From assembly GCA_951406725.2 (NCBI GenBank), contig OX597815.1:181660001-181724000 (forward strand): a stretch of DNA of 64,000 bases. Direction: 5' to 3'. The stretch comes from Octopus vulgaris (Eukaryota). The notes under the pieces were generated by a model that was not told where the DNA came from, made no database searches, and was given only the letters and a program-made list of their open reading frames with translations. Shown piece by piece: positions 38,890-52,085 of the stretch. Position numbers and translations under genes: made by a program. Each line of letters starts with the position of its first letter. Position 1 is the first letter of the stretch.

Positions 38890-39329
38890 AGCAACGTCGC
38901 CTTACTGGCACCTGTGCCGGTGGCATGTGTAAAAAGATTCTGGCCCCGTTCCGGTGGCACATAAACAGCACCCACTACACTCTCCTGTGCCAGTGACATG
39001 TGTAAAAAGATTTGAGCGAGGTCATTGCCAGTACTGCCTGACTGGCCCCGTGCCGGTGGCACATAAAAAGCACCCACTACACTCTCCTGTGCCGGTGGCA
39101 TGTGTAAAAAGATTCGAGCGAGGTCATTGCCAGTACTGCCTGACTGGCCCCGTGCCGGTTGCACATAAAAAGCACCCACTACACTCTTGTAGTGGTTGGT
39201 GTTAGGAAGGGCACCCAGCTGTAGAAACTCTGCCAGATCAAGATTGGAGTCTGGTGCAGCCATCTGGTTCGCCAGCCCTCAGTCAAAATTGCCCAACCCA
39301 TGCTAGCATGGAAAGCGGACGTTAAACGC

Positions 39330-39358
<29 letters not shown>
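38890..39358 (+). mobile_element. RTE LINE 3' UTR with internal tandem duplications
   Basis: Repeated CCTGTGCCGGTGGCATGTGTAAAAAGATT blocks; (GAT)n tail. Confidence 0.8.
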
Positions 39359-39360
<2 letters not shown>

Positions 39361-39824
39361 ATAAAATATGGAAACATACTGTGTGTGTTTTCATATTTTA
39401 TTGTCTTTATGCATTACAGCAATAATATGTTTCATTGTTAGCATCAAATCCAAGAGGATGCACATTTACACTTTACAATATCTTTAGGAAATGAGAAAAT
39501 TAGTTTCTCACAATTCGGTTATTCTTTTGTGTGGTATCTGCAATAAGATGACCTCAAATTTGGTTGTAGGGTAGAAAGAGAGACTTTCTCGTTATTGCAT
39601 TCAAATATTATTTTTAGGCTTTAGATAATTTGATTTAACTATCTAGTGAATGGAACCTTAACCTCTTAGGTTGGCAAATATTCATAACTGTGCAATATAA
39701 GTGCTTTATTCTCATTTTCCTCCTACTTATCTCCACATCATTCGACAGCAGATGGCACATTTTAATGAAAACAAATCATTCAAAATACATGCCATCTTTT
39801 ATTATCTCAGTATTAACCAACACA

Positions 39825-40055
39825 AAGGCAATGAGCTGGCAGAAGCGCTAGCACGCCAGGCGAAATGCGTAGCCATATTTCATCTGTCTTTATGTTCTGA
39901 GTTCAAATTCCGCCGAGGTTGACTTGCCTTTCATCCTTTCTGGGTCAATTAAATAAGTACCAGTTGCTCACTGGGGTCGATGTCTGTCCTTGTTTGTCTC
40001 CTCTGTGTTTAGCCACTTGTGCGTAGTAAAGAAATAGGTATTTCGTTTGTCTTTA
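39825..40055 (+). mobile_element. Meta-domain-type SINE
   Basis: Family consensus. Confidence 0.75.
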
Positions 40056-40899
40056 TGTCACAGTCTCAAAGCAACAAAAATATTTTGACAAATTAATTTA
40101 AATGTTGAAATGAATCTAATGGTTATTGTGTTTTTAAATGGTTTATAAACACCTTCCATGCTGAAATAGTTTTTGCATATATATATGTGCAGTACAGAAT
40201 TTGTTTTTGCACATTATATATATATATATATATATAAAAAGCAATAAAGATTCAAGTTAATTTAAATGAATTTACTTGAGTCCCCCTTTCCCCCCCTTTT
40301 TGCTCCCTCCTCTTTTATTTTCTCTCTTTTATTTTCTCTCTTTTCTTCTATGCCCCTCCCTTTTCTATTCTATACAGCTCTAGTAAGCCCTTCAGCCTTT
40401 AAAAGTTAAATAGCTACAGCCTCTTGTAAATAGCAGTAATGTGATTAATGTGGCAAATACCTAATCATATAGCAAGAATTGATACCTACCTCATTGTGTT
40501 CAACCATTGATAAATTTATCGCCTGTGAATATGAAATTCCTTGGAAATTTACACCTACACCATTAGAAATTGTGCATCTATACAAAGGATTAATTCACCC
40601 TCTCTGTAATGCTAATAAGCAGGAATTGAAACCCACCTCGTTGTAATTAACAATGGATAAATTTGCCTTCTGTGAGTATGTAATCCCTCATCATATCTCT
40701 GGAAATTCATATGTGCACTATGGATTGGGTCACCTTCTCTGTGATGCTATTAAGACTTTTTTAAAATTCTGTGATAAGACTGTACATCATCTTTAAAGAA
40801 CTTTAATGAACTTTTGAAATCTGTTTATGTTACTTAATTATCTACATTACTTCATGAGTATAGCCTCAACCACTAGGATGTCTAGAGAACTCACATGTA

Positions 40900-40990
40900 T
40901 TTTAGCTGATGAGTACGGGACACGTTTATATGCTGTAATTTTTGCAACTTTTAATAAAACCTGTCCTTGTATGAAACGATTGTACTAAAA
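40900..40990 (+). ncRNA. Type I hammerhead ribozyme with long stem II, at the end of a PLE-like insert (about 40236-41021)
   Basis: TTTTAG-CTGATGA-GTACGGGACA..TGTCCTTGTAT-GAAAC-GATT-GTA-CTAAAA; 6-bp stem I. Confidence 0.85.
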
Positions 40991-41039
40991 ACCTATCCAT
41001 TCTTGTTGCTTCATTCTCGCGTATATATATATATATATA

Positions 41040-41165
41040 TGGCGTTAGGAAGGGCATCCAGCCGTAGAAACACTGCCAGATCAGACTGGGCCTGATGCAG
41101 CCTTGTGGCTTCACAGACCCCAGCTGAACCATCCAACCCATGCTAGCATGGAAAACGGACGCTAA

Positions 41166-41221
<56 letters not shown>
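41040..41221 (+). mobile_element. RTE LINE 3' end
   Basis: Consensus plus long (GAT)n. Confidence 0.8.
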
Positions 41222-42547
41222 ATATATGCGTCACAAAATTTTGTCAGTGAACAGGTCTTGGTCTCAAAGCAGCGAAAATATTTTGACAAATTAAATTTAA
41301 ATGTTGAAGTAAATCTAACGGTTTTTGTGTGTTTCTTAAATGGTTTATAAACACCTTCCACACTTCAAGTATTCATTATTTAATGTGTTCTTGCTTAGAA
41401 ACATAAAGAGCAAAGAAAACTTTATTTGAACATTCATATTTTTTCAATTATGCTTCATCACATGATCAATCAGCCTTTTGGATGATGTTATACATCGCTG
41501 GTCACAATGCACTTTCCATTGTTTTAGCTTTCCTATGATGACACCTCACTAGTCCATTGCAGGGGTACCTATTTACAGCTGAGTAGACTGGAACAACATG
41601 AAATGGCTTATTTCATTTCATTTAAGAATCCAACATACTACTTGGTTTGACAATCAAAATCATGAGTGTAACACCCTAACCACTAAGCCATGCACCTTCA
41701 CAGTTATACTTTTATAATTTATTTAAATTTGGCTTATTAGAAATAGTTCCCAAGAGATTGGTGTCCATAAGAAATTTAAAGACACAGTCATACATGAATA
41801 ATGAATCTGTCAGGCTTGAAAAATTACTATGACTAATTAAGCAAAACTATTTGAGAGTCTAATAAAATTAGATCACTTGTTGGATATCTGTGGAGTTTAT
41901 ATTGCTTATACACAGAAAAAACAGATAATTTATGCTTCCGTTTTTTCATCAAAACAAAATAGATTTTAGTGAATTCTATCTATTTTTTAAAAGAAACGTG
42001 ATCTTGATATATTTAACATTTCTGACATTTTTTTTTCCTATTGCCAGCAAGTTCTATGAATTCAAACATATGTTCAGTGTTTATCTTAGGAAATTTAGCA
42101 AATAATTCTAAGAGCGAAATCTACTTATTCTAAAAACATAATGTGATCAAAATTGATTAGGAATAAAAAAAACTAATATTTTTTTTCTTTTCGGAATTCA
42201 AAATCACAGTTTTTTAAAAATCTCTCATTTAAAAAGCACACAGTCTGTCTCTTTCTCTCTATGTCTCTCTGCCCTCTGCTTTCTCCATCTATCAACCCCT
42301 ATATTAAATACATATTATCATATCTTGTTTCTGGTACTCAGTGACAATGTTTTTGAATACATAAGTGGCTGAATACATATGTAATGTATTGAATATATAT
42401 ATTATCAACTTCATCATCATTTTGCATCAGCTTTCTGTACTGGCATGGGGGTATGGTTTGACAGGCAAAGATTTTACAGGTTAGAGGATCATGTCTTACC
42501 CCCATGGCATATATTGTATATATACATATATATATACACATATATAC

Positions 42548-42594
<47 letters not shown>

Positions 42595-43054
42595 AATATA
42601 AGAGGGAACCACTATGTGGAAGCCCTTACACTAAAAAGAGATCTGCATAGGTCTCAACCACTAAGAATTGTTCTCTAGAAAATTTAGCACACCATGAACG
42701 TAAGCGAGCAGGACAAATGAAAAATAACAAAAATATAGATTAACCCCATACAATTGTTTCACTGTTAATAAATTATGCAATTTTACTTACACTATTCATC
42801 TGCAGCTCATCATATGTGTATATATAATAATTAATAATTATTTGAGGGAATATTATTCCTAACTTACAGGGAAAAATTCAATTTAGAAATACTAAATCAA
42901 ATTTCACAAAATATAATATATATATATATATCAATTAGAAAAAACCCCCACCTTTTATCAATTCAAAATGAACAATTAAATTTCACCATCTAGAAAATTA
43001 CATATGATAGAAATATTAAAAATAAAATAACAATAATATACCAATGATTAAGTA

Positions 43055-43848
43055 GTCAACACAATTTCTAGTTAACTAAACACTTTTAAACTTCATATAC
43101 TGGTAGAATGTGTTTATAAAAAACCTTTTTTTCTTGGCTTTATTGAGAAAATTCTATATGTTGTAACATATTTCCACTTTAATTTCAAGCATTTTGGCAA
43201 TCTTAACTAATTGCTGACCTCCATTGACGTAAACAACATTCCGTGCTGTATGAATATGTCCCTCGTTTAAGAAACAGATTGGGTTTATTTACATTTGCGA
43301 AAAAAAAAGATGCCCTTCTCCCACCCATAACCCTAACCCTAACCCTAACTAACCCTAACTCACCCTAACTCACCCTAACTCTAACCCTAAATCTAAAATA
43401 GATTGAAATGCAATAGATCGATGCAAGGGTTATAATTACGGGTGACAATTTCATACGACACCGCTACGGAAAATGGATTTTTTTCTAGCGGTGTCAAATG
43501 AAAATGTCACCCATAATTATAACCCTAGTATCGATCTATTGCATTTCAATCTATTTTAGATTTAGGGTTAGAGTTAGGGTTAGGGGTGGGGGAAGGGTAT
43601 CTTTTTTTCTTTGCGGACATATTCATACAGCATGGAATGTTGTTTACCTAAATGGAGGTCAGCGATTGGTTAAAATTGCCGAAATGCTTGAAATTAAAGT
43701 GGAAATATGTTACAACATATAGAATTTTCTCAATAAAGCCAAGAAAAAAATGATGTTTTATAAACACATTCTACCAGTATACGAAGTTTAAAAGTGTTTA
43801 GTTAACTAGAAATTGTGTTGACATGTGCCGTTCAAAAGGAAAAGATCC
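43055..43848. mobile_element. Foldback/palindromic element with telomere-like repeats in both arms
   Basis: Left arm has (CCCTAA)n, right arm (TTAGGG)n; arms are reverse complements around a centre at about 43467-43485. Confidence 0.8.
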
Positions 43849-43889
43849 GTAAATTGTAAAGTAATAATAAAAACGTATATATTTGGTGC

Positions 43890-43924
<35 letters not shown>

Positions 43925-43956
43925 ATTTTATAGTTTGCTTGAAGCATTGTATATGG

Positions 43957-44354
43957 AATATAAAGTTTAAAGATTTAAAAGGCCAAACAATGCAAATAGA
44001 TTTTAAGATGAGGTAACGTAAAAAGTAAGTTACCTGGTAATCTTTGGTTGTATATGTATCCAATATTTCGGGACATACAAGTCCCTTCTTCAGGGTTAAA
44101 AAGGAACTGTCCTAGGAAAGAAGTTTTTTGTCGGGGATAAAATAATTCTATTATTATTATTAGTATTATTTTATCTCTGACAAAAAACATCTTTCCTAGG
44201 ACAGTTCCTTTTTAACCCTGAAGAAGGGACTTGTATGTCCTGAAATATTGGATACATATACAGCCAAAGATTACCAGGTAACTTACTTTTTACGTTACCT
44301 CATCTTAAAATCTATTTGCATTGTTTGGCCTTTAAAATCTTTAAACTTTATATT
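43957..44354. mobile_element. PLE-like inverted duplication with a hammerhead-like motif in each arm (44058-44097 -, 44214-44253 +)
   Basis: Arms 43957-44121 / 44190-44354; CTGAAGA-A-GGGAC(TTGTAT)GTCCC-GAAA-TATT. Confidence 0.7.
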
Positions 44355-44659
44355 GCATGCACAGAGACCTTTCAAACTTTATATTGTAACATTGACTGAT
44401 AAATACTCATTAATCAATATACTAAACGATGGCTCACAAAAGACTTGCTTTCACTCCCTGTCTCTTCTATAATAACAATAGTTTATGGCCTTCTTCTCTT
44501 CCACCTAAGATCAGCCTCCTCCTCCTACTCCTCTACTGAACCCGAGTATTCTGTGCTTCACATACCCTTTTCACCCATTATCCTCAAAACTTCCACTTTT
44601 GAAGATAATTCCATTCAAGCTTAGGATTTTCTGAATACAAATATGTAGTATTATGTATA

Positions 44660-45058
44660 GGCATAGGAGTGGCTGTGTGGTAAGTAGCTTGTTTACCAAC
44701 CTCATGGTTCTGGGTTCAGTCCCACTGCCTACCACCTTGGGCAAGTGTCTTCTACTATAGCCTCGGGTCGACCAAAGCCTTGTGAGTGGATTTGGTAGAT
44801 GGAAACTGAAAGAAGCCCATTGTATATATGTATATATATATATGTGTGTGTGTATATTTGTGTGTCTGTGTTTGTCCCCCCAACATCGCTTGGCAACCAA
44901 TGCTGATGTGTTTACATTGCCATAACTTAGCTGTTTGGCAAAAGAGACTGATAGAGTAAGTACTAGGCTTACAAAGAATAAGTCCTGGGGTCGATTTGCT
45001 CGACTAAAGGCGGTGCTCCAGCATGGCCACAGACAAATGACTGAAACAAGTAAAAGAA
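44660..45058 (+). mobile_element. CORE-type tRNA SINE, full length
   Basis: Full consensus. Confidence 0.9.
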
Positions 45059-46069
45059 TAGAGATAGATACCAACTTCCTCTTCTGACTAATACAAAACT
45101 GTGGACAACCAATCAAGGACATACAACTTAGTTCAGCATAAGTGTTTATTGTTCTAGAGGTACGTACAATCTATCTGCAATACATACAGACTTGCACAGA
45201 CGAAATGGGTGAGTGGATATGATATTGGACTATCGGTTAAAATATCATGAGTTCAAGTTCATTGCATTTATGGCTGAGACTCTTCATTTGTTTTTTTTTT
45301 TCTATCTTAATATGTCAATCGTCAGTCCATGTTGAAAGATTTTCTAAAAATATCATGAAAGGTCAAGCAAATTATTGTTAACAGTGAATTCAAAAAGAAG
45401 AAGAAAATGGATGCATAATTTTAATTTTAAGGTCCTTCCTTAGGTAGAGAAATGTGCAAACTGTCTTTGATATCCTCTTATGGATAAATTCATAATAAAA
45501 AAGGAATAACCTATAAATTTGGTTTGCAGAAGACTAACGTAAATACAATAACCAGACTTAATTACCTTGACAGACAATGCTGTTTTTCTGTTCATTAAGT
45601 ACATTTAAAAAAGCAAACGAAAAAATAAAATAGTTCCATAATTTTTTTTTTATTTCAAGTCATTTTCTCATTCTTAGCTACTTTTCCATTAATGTTGTTT
45701 TGAATTATTGGAACGTAAATAATAATTTTTAGCTTTTCTTTCTTTTTAACATTTTTTATTTTTTTGTTGATCTATTGACATTTATCATAATCTATATTTT
45801 CTAGACATTTTTCTCAATTGCAGTTCTCTGAGAGAAACTAAGAGTTGTTGTGTAAAAAAAATTGTTTTGTATTTTACTATGACCTTTCGTTATCAAGCGA
45901 TGTTTTCTCAAGTATAAACTTTTCTTTATCACTGCTTATTCCCAGTTCTAACGTTAAATATCAATTTTCTGAACCTTAGTGAATCATGTAAAACAAAACT
46001 TCTATTATCAATAGTTTTGTAAGCATGATTATATGCTAACGTTTATAATATAGTCTAATGATTTTAGTT

Positions 46070-46490
46070 GAATACCTATTTCTTTACTGCCCACAAGGGG
46101 CTAAACACAGAGGGGACAAACAAGGACAGACAAACGGATTGTCGAATACATCGACCCCAGTGCGTAACTGGTACTTATTTAATCAACCCCGAAAGGATAA
46201 AAGGCAAAGTTCAACCTCAGCGGGATTTGAACTCAGAACGTAACAGCAGACGAAATACCTATTTCTTTACTACCCACAAGGTGCTAAACAGAGGGGACAA
46301 ACAAGGACAGACAAACGGATTAAGTTGATTACATCGACCCCAGTGCATAACTGGTACTTAATTTATCGACCTTGAAAGGATGAAAGGCAAAGTCGACCTC
46401 GGCGGAATTTGAATTCAGAACATAACGGCAGACAAAATATGACTACGTATTTCGCCCGGTGTGCTAACGTTTCTGCCAGGTCTCAGCCTT
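46070..46490 (-). mobile_element. Meta-type SINE, internally duplicated
   Basis: Flanked by TTTTAGTTGAATA on both sides. Confidence 0.85.
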
Positions 46491-47216
46491 TTTTAGTTGA
46501 ATAACTTATATGAACTTCAAATGTTTGATCCATGTTAACCCTTGAACTTCCCGTTACATATATTTCAAAGATCCAGCATGTGTCAACATCTTGTAATAAT
46601 CCATTCTTCAAATCCTTTTTCTTTTAATTCATAATGCCATTCTTACTATCCATAAAAATTCAAATGTAATACAAATTTTTATATTTATAAGCTGAAAATC
46701 AATATAACGATTAAATATTCAGTTTGAAAGTAACTAAAATATATATTTTAAACATTAAATTACAAGCACATTCAATTGTACAAAAAATCTGATTGGAGAT
46801 TTGAAGCATTGATTTACTTAATTCTGTTGCTATTTTATTCAGATTATAAGCATTGTGGGAATATAAATGAAATATGTCATATTTACATTTTACTCATGCC
46901 TTGGCATCATTCTGTGAAATACAAAATAAATTAAATAAAGGCTTGTTGACATAAAGTATTAAGTTGATGCGTACAGCAATCTTTCAGGAATGTAGACTCT
47001 AAGTTCTGAATTGGTTGCTTGACATGATGGATATAGCAGTCAAATTTTATTCAAAATCCCTCTTAGTCTCTTATAAAAGGAGCAACACAGTACACAGAGT
47101 GGTCCTAGATACACTGTATCTGAATATCAGGTGGGATGGTCACAGCTAGAATGTCTTTGAGCGTAACCCTACTTCATCAGGGCTGATGGGGAGCTAAACA
47201 GAAACAGCTTTAGTTT

Positions 47217-47470
47217 CATCATCGTCATCATCGTTTAACGTCCGCTTTCTATGCTGGCATGGGTTGGACGATTTGATTGAGGACTGGCAAACCAGGGGGC
47301 TGCACCAGGCTCCAATCTGATCTTGCAAGGTTTCTACAGCTGGATACCCTTCCTAATGCCAACCACTCTGAGAGTGTAGTGGGTGATTTTTATGTTCCAT
47401 CAGCATGGGAGCTAGTCAGGTGGCACTGGCATCAACTATGCTCAAATGATACTTTTTACATGCCACCCAG
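47217..47470 (-). mobile_element. RTE LINE 3' end
   Basis: Family consensus. Confidence 0.75.
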
Positions 47471-47547
47471 ATTATAAAAGAAAATTATACAATAAATTAT
47501 GCAGATCATTTTAGATATAATAAACTCGTATAAGTAATCCATTGTGA

Positions 47548-47840
47548 AGGCATGTGGCTTTAGTAATTAAGGTGTTGCATTCATGATGGCTAGATAATTG
47601 GTTCAGTACCCAGACAAGGTGGTACTTTGTGTTCTTGAGCAAAAATCTTCATTTCATGTGACTCCAGTCCACTGAGCTGTAAACGGGTCACCCCTGCGAT
47701 GGAATTGTCTTCTTCTCTGAGAGAATGTTGGCCTGTTTGCCTAGCCAGCGGTGTAGCATCATTTAGAGGTTAAGACAATGTAAAGCACATTGTGACCAGC
47801 GATGTATAACAACATCCAACAGTTTGGTCAATATTGTGAT
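47548..47840 (+). mobile_element. Old tRNA SINE
   Basis: GGCATGTGGCTTTAGT head, GTGTTCTTGAGCAA core-like segment, CCTGCGATGGA. Confidence 0.55.
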
Positions 47841-47900
47841 TACCACGATAAATAATCTATTAGTACAGTCACTGAAAAAGTATTGACAATTACAAAAGAT

Positions 47901-48646
47901 ACAGTTCTATATTTAAGAGATGAGGAATTATTTTCATTATTTACATTATTTACATTTGACAGATATTTCTCCTCATCTTGTTTGTTTTTTAACACAATGT
48001 TTTGGCTGATATACCCTCCAACATTCATCAGGTGTCTTGGGGAAATTTCTAACCTGGGTTCTCATAGATTTTGATGGAGTTTCTCTATATGTCCCCCATT
48101 GAAGTCTAATATCGGCTCCGTACTGATTAGATAATAAAGTTCTATATTTAAGAGATGAGGAATTATGTACAATATTTACATTTGACAGATATTTGAGAAC
48201 GCAGGTTCGAAATTTCGTCAAGGCACCTGATGAAGGCTGGAAGGTGTATCAGCCGAAACGTGTTAACAACAAACAAGATGAGGACAAATATCTGTCAAAT
48301 GTAAATAACAACAAAAGATGTTGAACAATTCTTTATATTTACTTGATTAAAAAGATAGTTTTGTGTACAAATTATATTTGCCATAATATATTGCTTATTG
48401 TATAGAAGTTAAAATCCTAGAGGTCAACATGGCAATGACCAAAATGTTAATAATACAATTTCATCTACATTATTTACTTTTGACGGATATTTGTCCTCAT
48501 CTTGTTTGTTGCTAACACAACGTTTCAGTTGATATACCCCCCAGCTTTAATTAGGTGTCTTGGGGAAATTTTGAACCTGGGTTCTCATTCCTAAGGTATT
48601 TTTCAATGTTGTTGTTGTTGTTGTTGTTGCTGCTTTTGCTGCTGCT

Positions 48647-48678
<32 letters not shown>

Positions 48679-48733
48679 TGTTCTTCTTCCTTTTACTATT
48701 ATTATTATCACTATTATTATTATTATTATTATT
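47901..48733. mobile_element. Several rearranged fragments of the hammerhead PLE family (-, -, +, -)
   Basis: CCTGATGAAGGCTGG..CAGCCGAAACG at about 48226-48260; ACAAAAGAT flanks 47901-48310. Confidence 0.75.
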
Positions 48734-48734
48734 C

Positions 48735-48925
48735 AAACATACACACACACAAACACATATATATACGATGGGCTTCTTTCAGTTTCCATCTACCAAATCC
48801 ACTCATAAGGCTTTGGTCGACCCGAGGCTATAGCAGAAGACACTTGCCCAAGGTACCATGCAGTAGGACTGAACCCAGAACCATGTGGTTTTTAGCAAGC
48901 TACTTACCACACAGTCACTCCTGCC
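48735..48925 (-). mobile_element. CORE-type SINE 5' half
   Basis: Family consensus. Confidence 0.8.
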
Positions 48926-49071
48926 CCTGATTTAAAATTTACCGACTAAAAACTTCAAGCACCTGACACAGAATTTAAACAACACTATCTATTATAAGTC
49001 TTGAAAACTTACCTGTTTATTTTAACTTAAAACTCTTTACAAAAAAAGGACTTGAATCTTTTCCTAAGAGA

Positions 49072-49300
49072 TCATCATCATCATCGTTTAATGTTCGTTT
49101 TCCATGCTAGCATGGGTTGGATGGTTCGACTGGGGTTTGGGAAGCCAGGAGGCTGCACCAGGCTCCAGTCTGATCTGGCCGTATTTCTACAGCTGGATGC
49201 CCTTCCTAATACCAACAACTCCGTGGGTGTAGTGGGTGCTTTTTACGTGCCACCAGCACAGGTGCCAGGGGAGGCTGGCAACAGCCATGATCAGTTGGTG
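49072..49300 (-). mobile_element. RTE LINE 3' end
   Basis: Family consensus. Confidence 0.75.
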
Positions 49301-50224
49301 GCAACGGCCAAGCCCATACACCAAATCATGCTTGTTATGTATGATATGCACGTGATGAAAGTATGTTATGTACTTTCTGAGAAGGTTACTCATAGAAAGG
49401 AGAAGAAATGATGAAATGACCAATGGCTGGCCCTACATAATAAATGATAAATGACTAATGCAATTGGCAAGATAGTGTATAGCCATTCAAATTATGCCAC
49501 AATGGATATTAGAATGTTACAATGGTGATGATGCACCATCAATGGCTGCTGGTTGATTAATCCTATAACAAGAACTAATATTGTAGCTAACAAGATTTTC
49601 AGTTGAAAGATATTTCAAAGAATTCAGATCTTAAGAAGAATTTGTCACCTGATTGACTGTGTTGCTACTATTTTATAGAAAATGTCATCTGAAATCAAAA
49701 ACAGACTTTTGCCTTTATATATTTACTTCTAGTTTCAGTAAACAACATCACAAACAGTTTTTGCTTATTTATATAAACAGAAATATTAACGGAGACAAAT
49801 ATATTTAATTCCCGAGATATTGTGTTTGCTTTTGAATGTGCATTTTATGCAATCATTATTAAACCTATTTAACATTGATTAATTAGACATTAAATATTAA
49901 GTGAAAGACATCGTTTTGATTCCTCAAAATAAACTACATACATTTTTAATTGCTTCTTTTTACTAGATTATATAACTTTCACTTCATATTTTGTTTGCTT
50001 GTTAAATGAATATTTCATAAATTCTAAATTGGATAACTAATTTCAAACAGTTATGCAGATTGAAATAAATACTAAATCCATTATTATCAACTTACAACTT
50101 GATTAATTTCGTGGTGATCAATCAAAGAGCATCACAGACCTGTTAGTGAACTCAGTAAAACCATACAAAGATCTGGTATTGAGCCTGTATAATCTTAGGC
50201 AAGCACTCAAATATATATCTATAT

Positions 50225-50384
50225 GGGCGCAGGAGTGGCTCTGTGGTAAGTAGCTTGCTTAACATCCACATAGTTCCAGGTTCAGTCCCACTGCATAGCA
50301 CCTTGGGTAAGTGTCTTCTACTATAGCCTCAGACCAACCAAAGCCTTGTGAGTGGATTTGGTAGATGGAAACTGAAAGAAGCCC
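50225..50384 (+). mobile_element. CORE-type SINE 5' half
   Basis: Family consensus. Confidence 0.8.
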
Positions 50385-51468
50385 TGCAACTGCAGAACCA
50401 ATGCCCCACTGCCTGATACACTTTCAAGTCTTACCCAGGACACCTCCAAGAATGATTTTCCAAGGCTCCCTTTTCCCAAGAATACATGGAAGGGAAGGTT
50501 TTATTAATGCATATATACCTATTTGAATTATGAAAATCTGGAAGTGAATGTGTTCTTTTCTTTATTGAATTCTTCCAATAATGGACTGGTTTAACAACAA
50601 CTGTGAAGAAGAGTTGCATGTTGAATTCTAGAACGTTCTTACAGGTTTATATTGTTGTGCTTACAAACTGAATTTGCTGAAGGCTATTAGCCGGTCACTT
50701 AACTTGAACAAACTCCATCTCTTTTAGACTGTTATTAAGATAAATAGTATCATAAGCAGGAACATAAATAATGGTCGATACACATGTAATTTTGTAAGTT
50801 TAAGTAGAGACACTAAAAGCTTTAAAATCATCTATTCTGAAATGTTCTCTTTTCTGAAATAAATGTTCACTTCTTTTGAACAACACATCTCAATAAAAAC
50901 ATCTATTTCTCTTTTATGTTTCTATCATATTTGATTTGGTGCTTTTACATTTGTCTGAAGCTTTGGTGGGAAGGTTCCACCAATATTTCTAATGTAGGAA
51001 AGCATTAAAATCAAACAGCAGAATTATTTTTTTATACTTGGCTGAGTGCAATTTTTCATACAGATGTCATAATATTTTGTTACTGCATCAAAATTATGCT
51101 ACCCCTGATAGGTGAGAAGACATTACTTCACCTGCAAACTGACAAGGGTTGGTGACAGCAAAAGCATCTGGCTGTAGGAAGCTGCTTCAATATACTCCAA
51201 GCAAACAGAAAAGTGGATGCTAGAGCAATGATGATGATGCTGTTGTTGTTGTTGTTGTTAAGCAACAAAACGGGTAAAGGTGATTAGGTGATGGTCTAGG
51301 GCTTAGGGGCGGGAGACACCAGACCTTGGAAAAAAAAAACTTTGGTTGTCTTGTTGTAGTCGAGGGCTCTTCGTTGACACCCAACACCACTGGGAAGTGG
51401 TCCTCGAAGTCGCTGGAAATGGAGATCTCCAGGTCCAAATTCTTGAACCGCTGATGATGATGTTGTAT

Positions 51469-51645
51469 GCATATGGCTCAGTGGTCAGAGCAATAGGTTC
51501 ATGATGATGCGGTAGTGAGTTCAATTCTCGGACTGGGCTGTGTGTTGTGTTCTTGAACAAGGCACTTTATTTCATGCCCACGGCCATAGTGGTTAAGAGC
51601 GCAGGCTACTAAGCCCAAGATTCTGAGTTCGATTCCAGGCAGTGA

Positions 51646-51687
<42 letters not shown>

Positions 51688-52085
51688 CAACATCAAAAAA
51701 TACCTTAGGAATGTGAAGACAGGTTCGAAATTTCTGCAAGACATCTGATGAAGGCTGGAGGGTATATCAACCAAAACATTGTGTTAACAACAAACAAGAT
51801 GAGGACAAATATCCATCAAATGTAAATAATGTAAATAATTCCTCATCTCTTAAATATAAAACTACTTTATTTCATGTTGCTCCAGTTTACTCAGCTGTAG
51901 AAATGAGTTGAGACGTCACTGGTGCCAAGCTGTATCAACTTTTGCTTTACTCTTGGATAACATCTGTAGCATGGAGAACGGAGGCTTGTCTATCATAAGC
52001 AACCTTGCCTGATCTTGTGCCTTGGAGGATAACTTTTTAGGTACAATTTCATGGTCATTCATGACTGAAAGTGGTCTTTACCCTT
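51469..52085 (+). mobile_element. tRNA SINE (same family as 56645-56970) hosting a nested insert
   Basis: Removing 51577-51876 restores colinearity with 56645-56970. Confidence 0.8.
51577..51863 (+). mobile_element. Stand-alone tRNA-(AAT)n-hammerhead unit
   Basis: 13-bp TSD ACTTTATTTCATG (51564-51576, 51864-51876); starts at the tRNA-like head. Confidence 0.9.

Noticed and set aside
38900-39185. CRISPR-like repeat pattern
   Set aside because: The spacers are themselves repeated; this is a eukaryotic LINE UTR duplication.
50125-50147. AAGAGCATCACAGACCTGTTAGT resembles a conserved 18S rRNA segment
   Set aside because: Only about 23 nt, with no flanking rRNA similarity.
50435-50600. Candidate minus-strand internal exon (CAG...GTAAG, one open frame)
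   Set aside because: No recognisable homology and no partner exons; such signals are common by chance.
51330-51460. Minus-strand DFEDHFPVV resembling a LINE APE endonuclease SDH motif
   Set aside because: Too short to assign.
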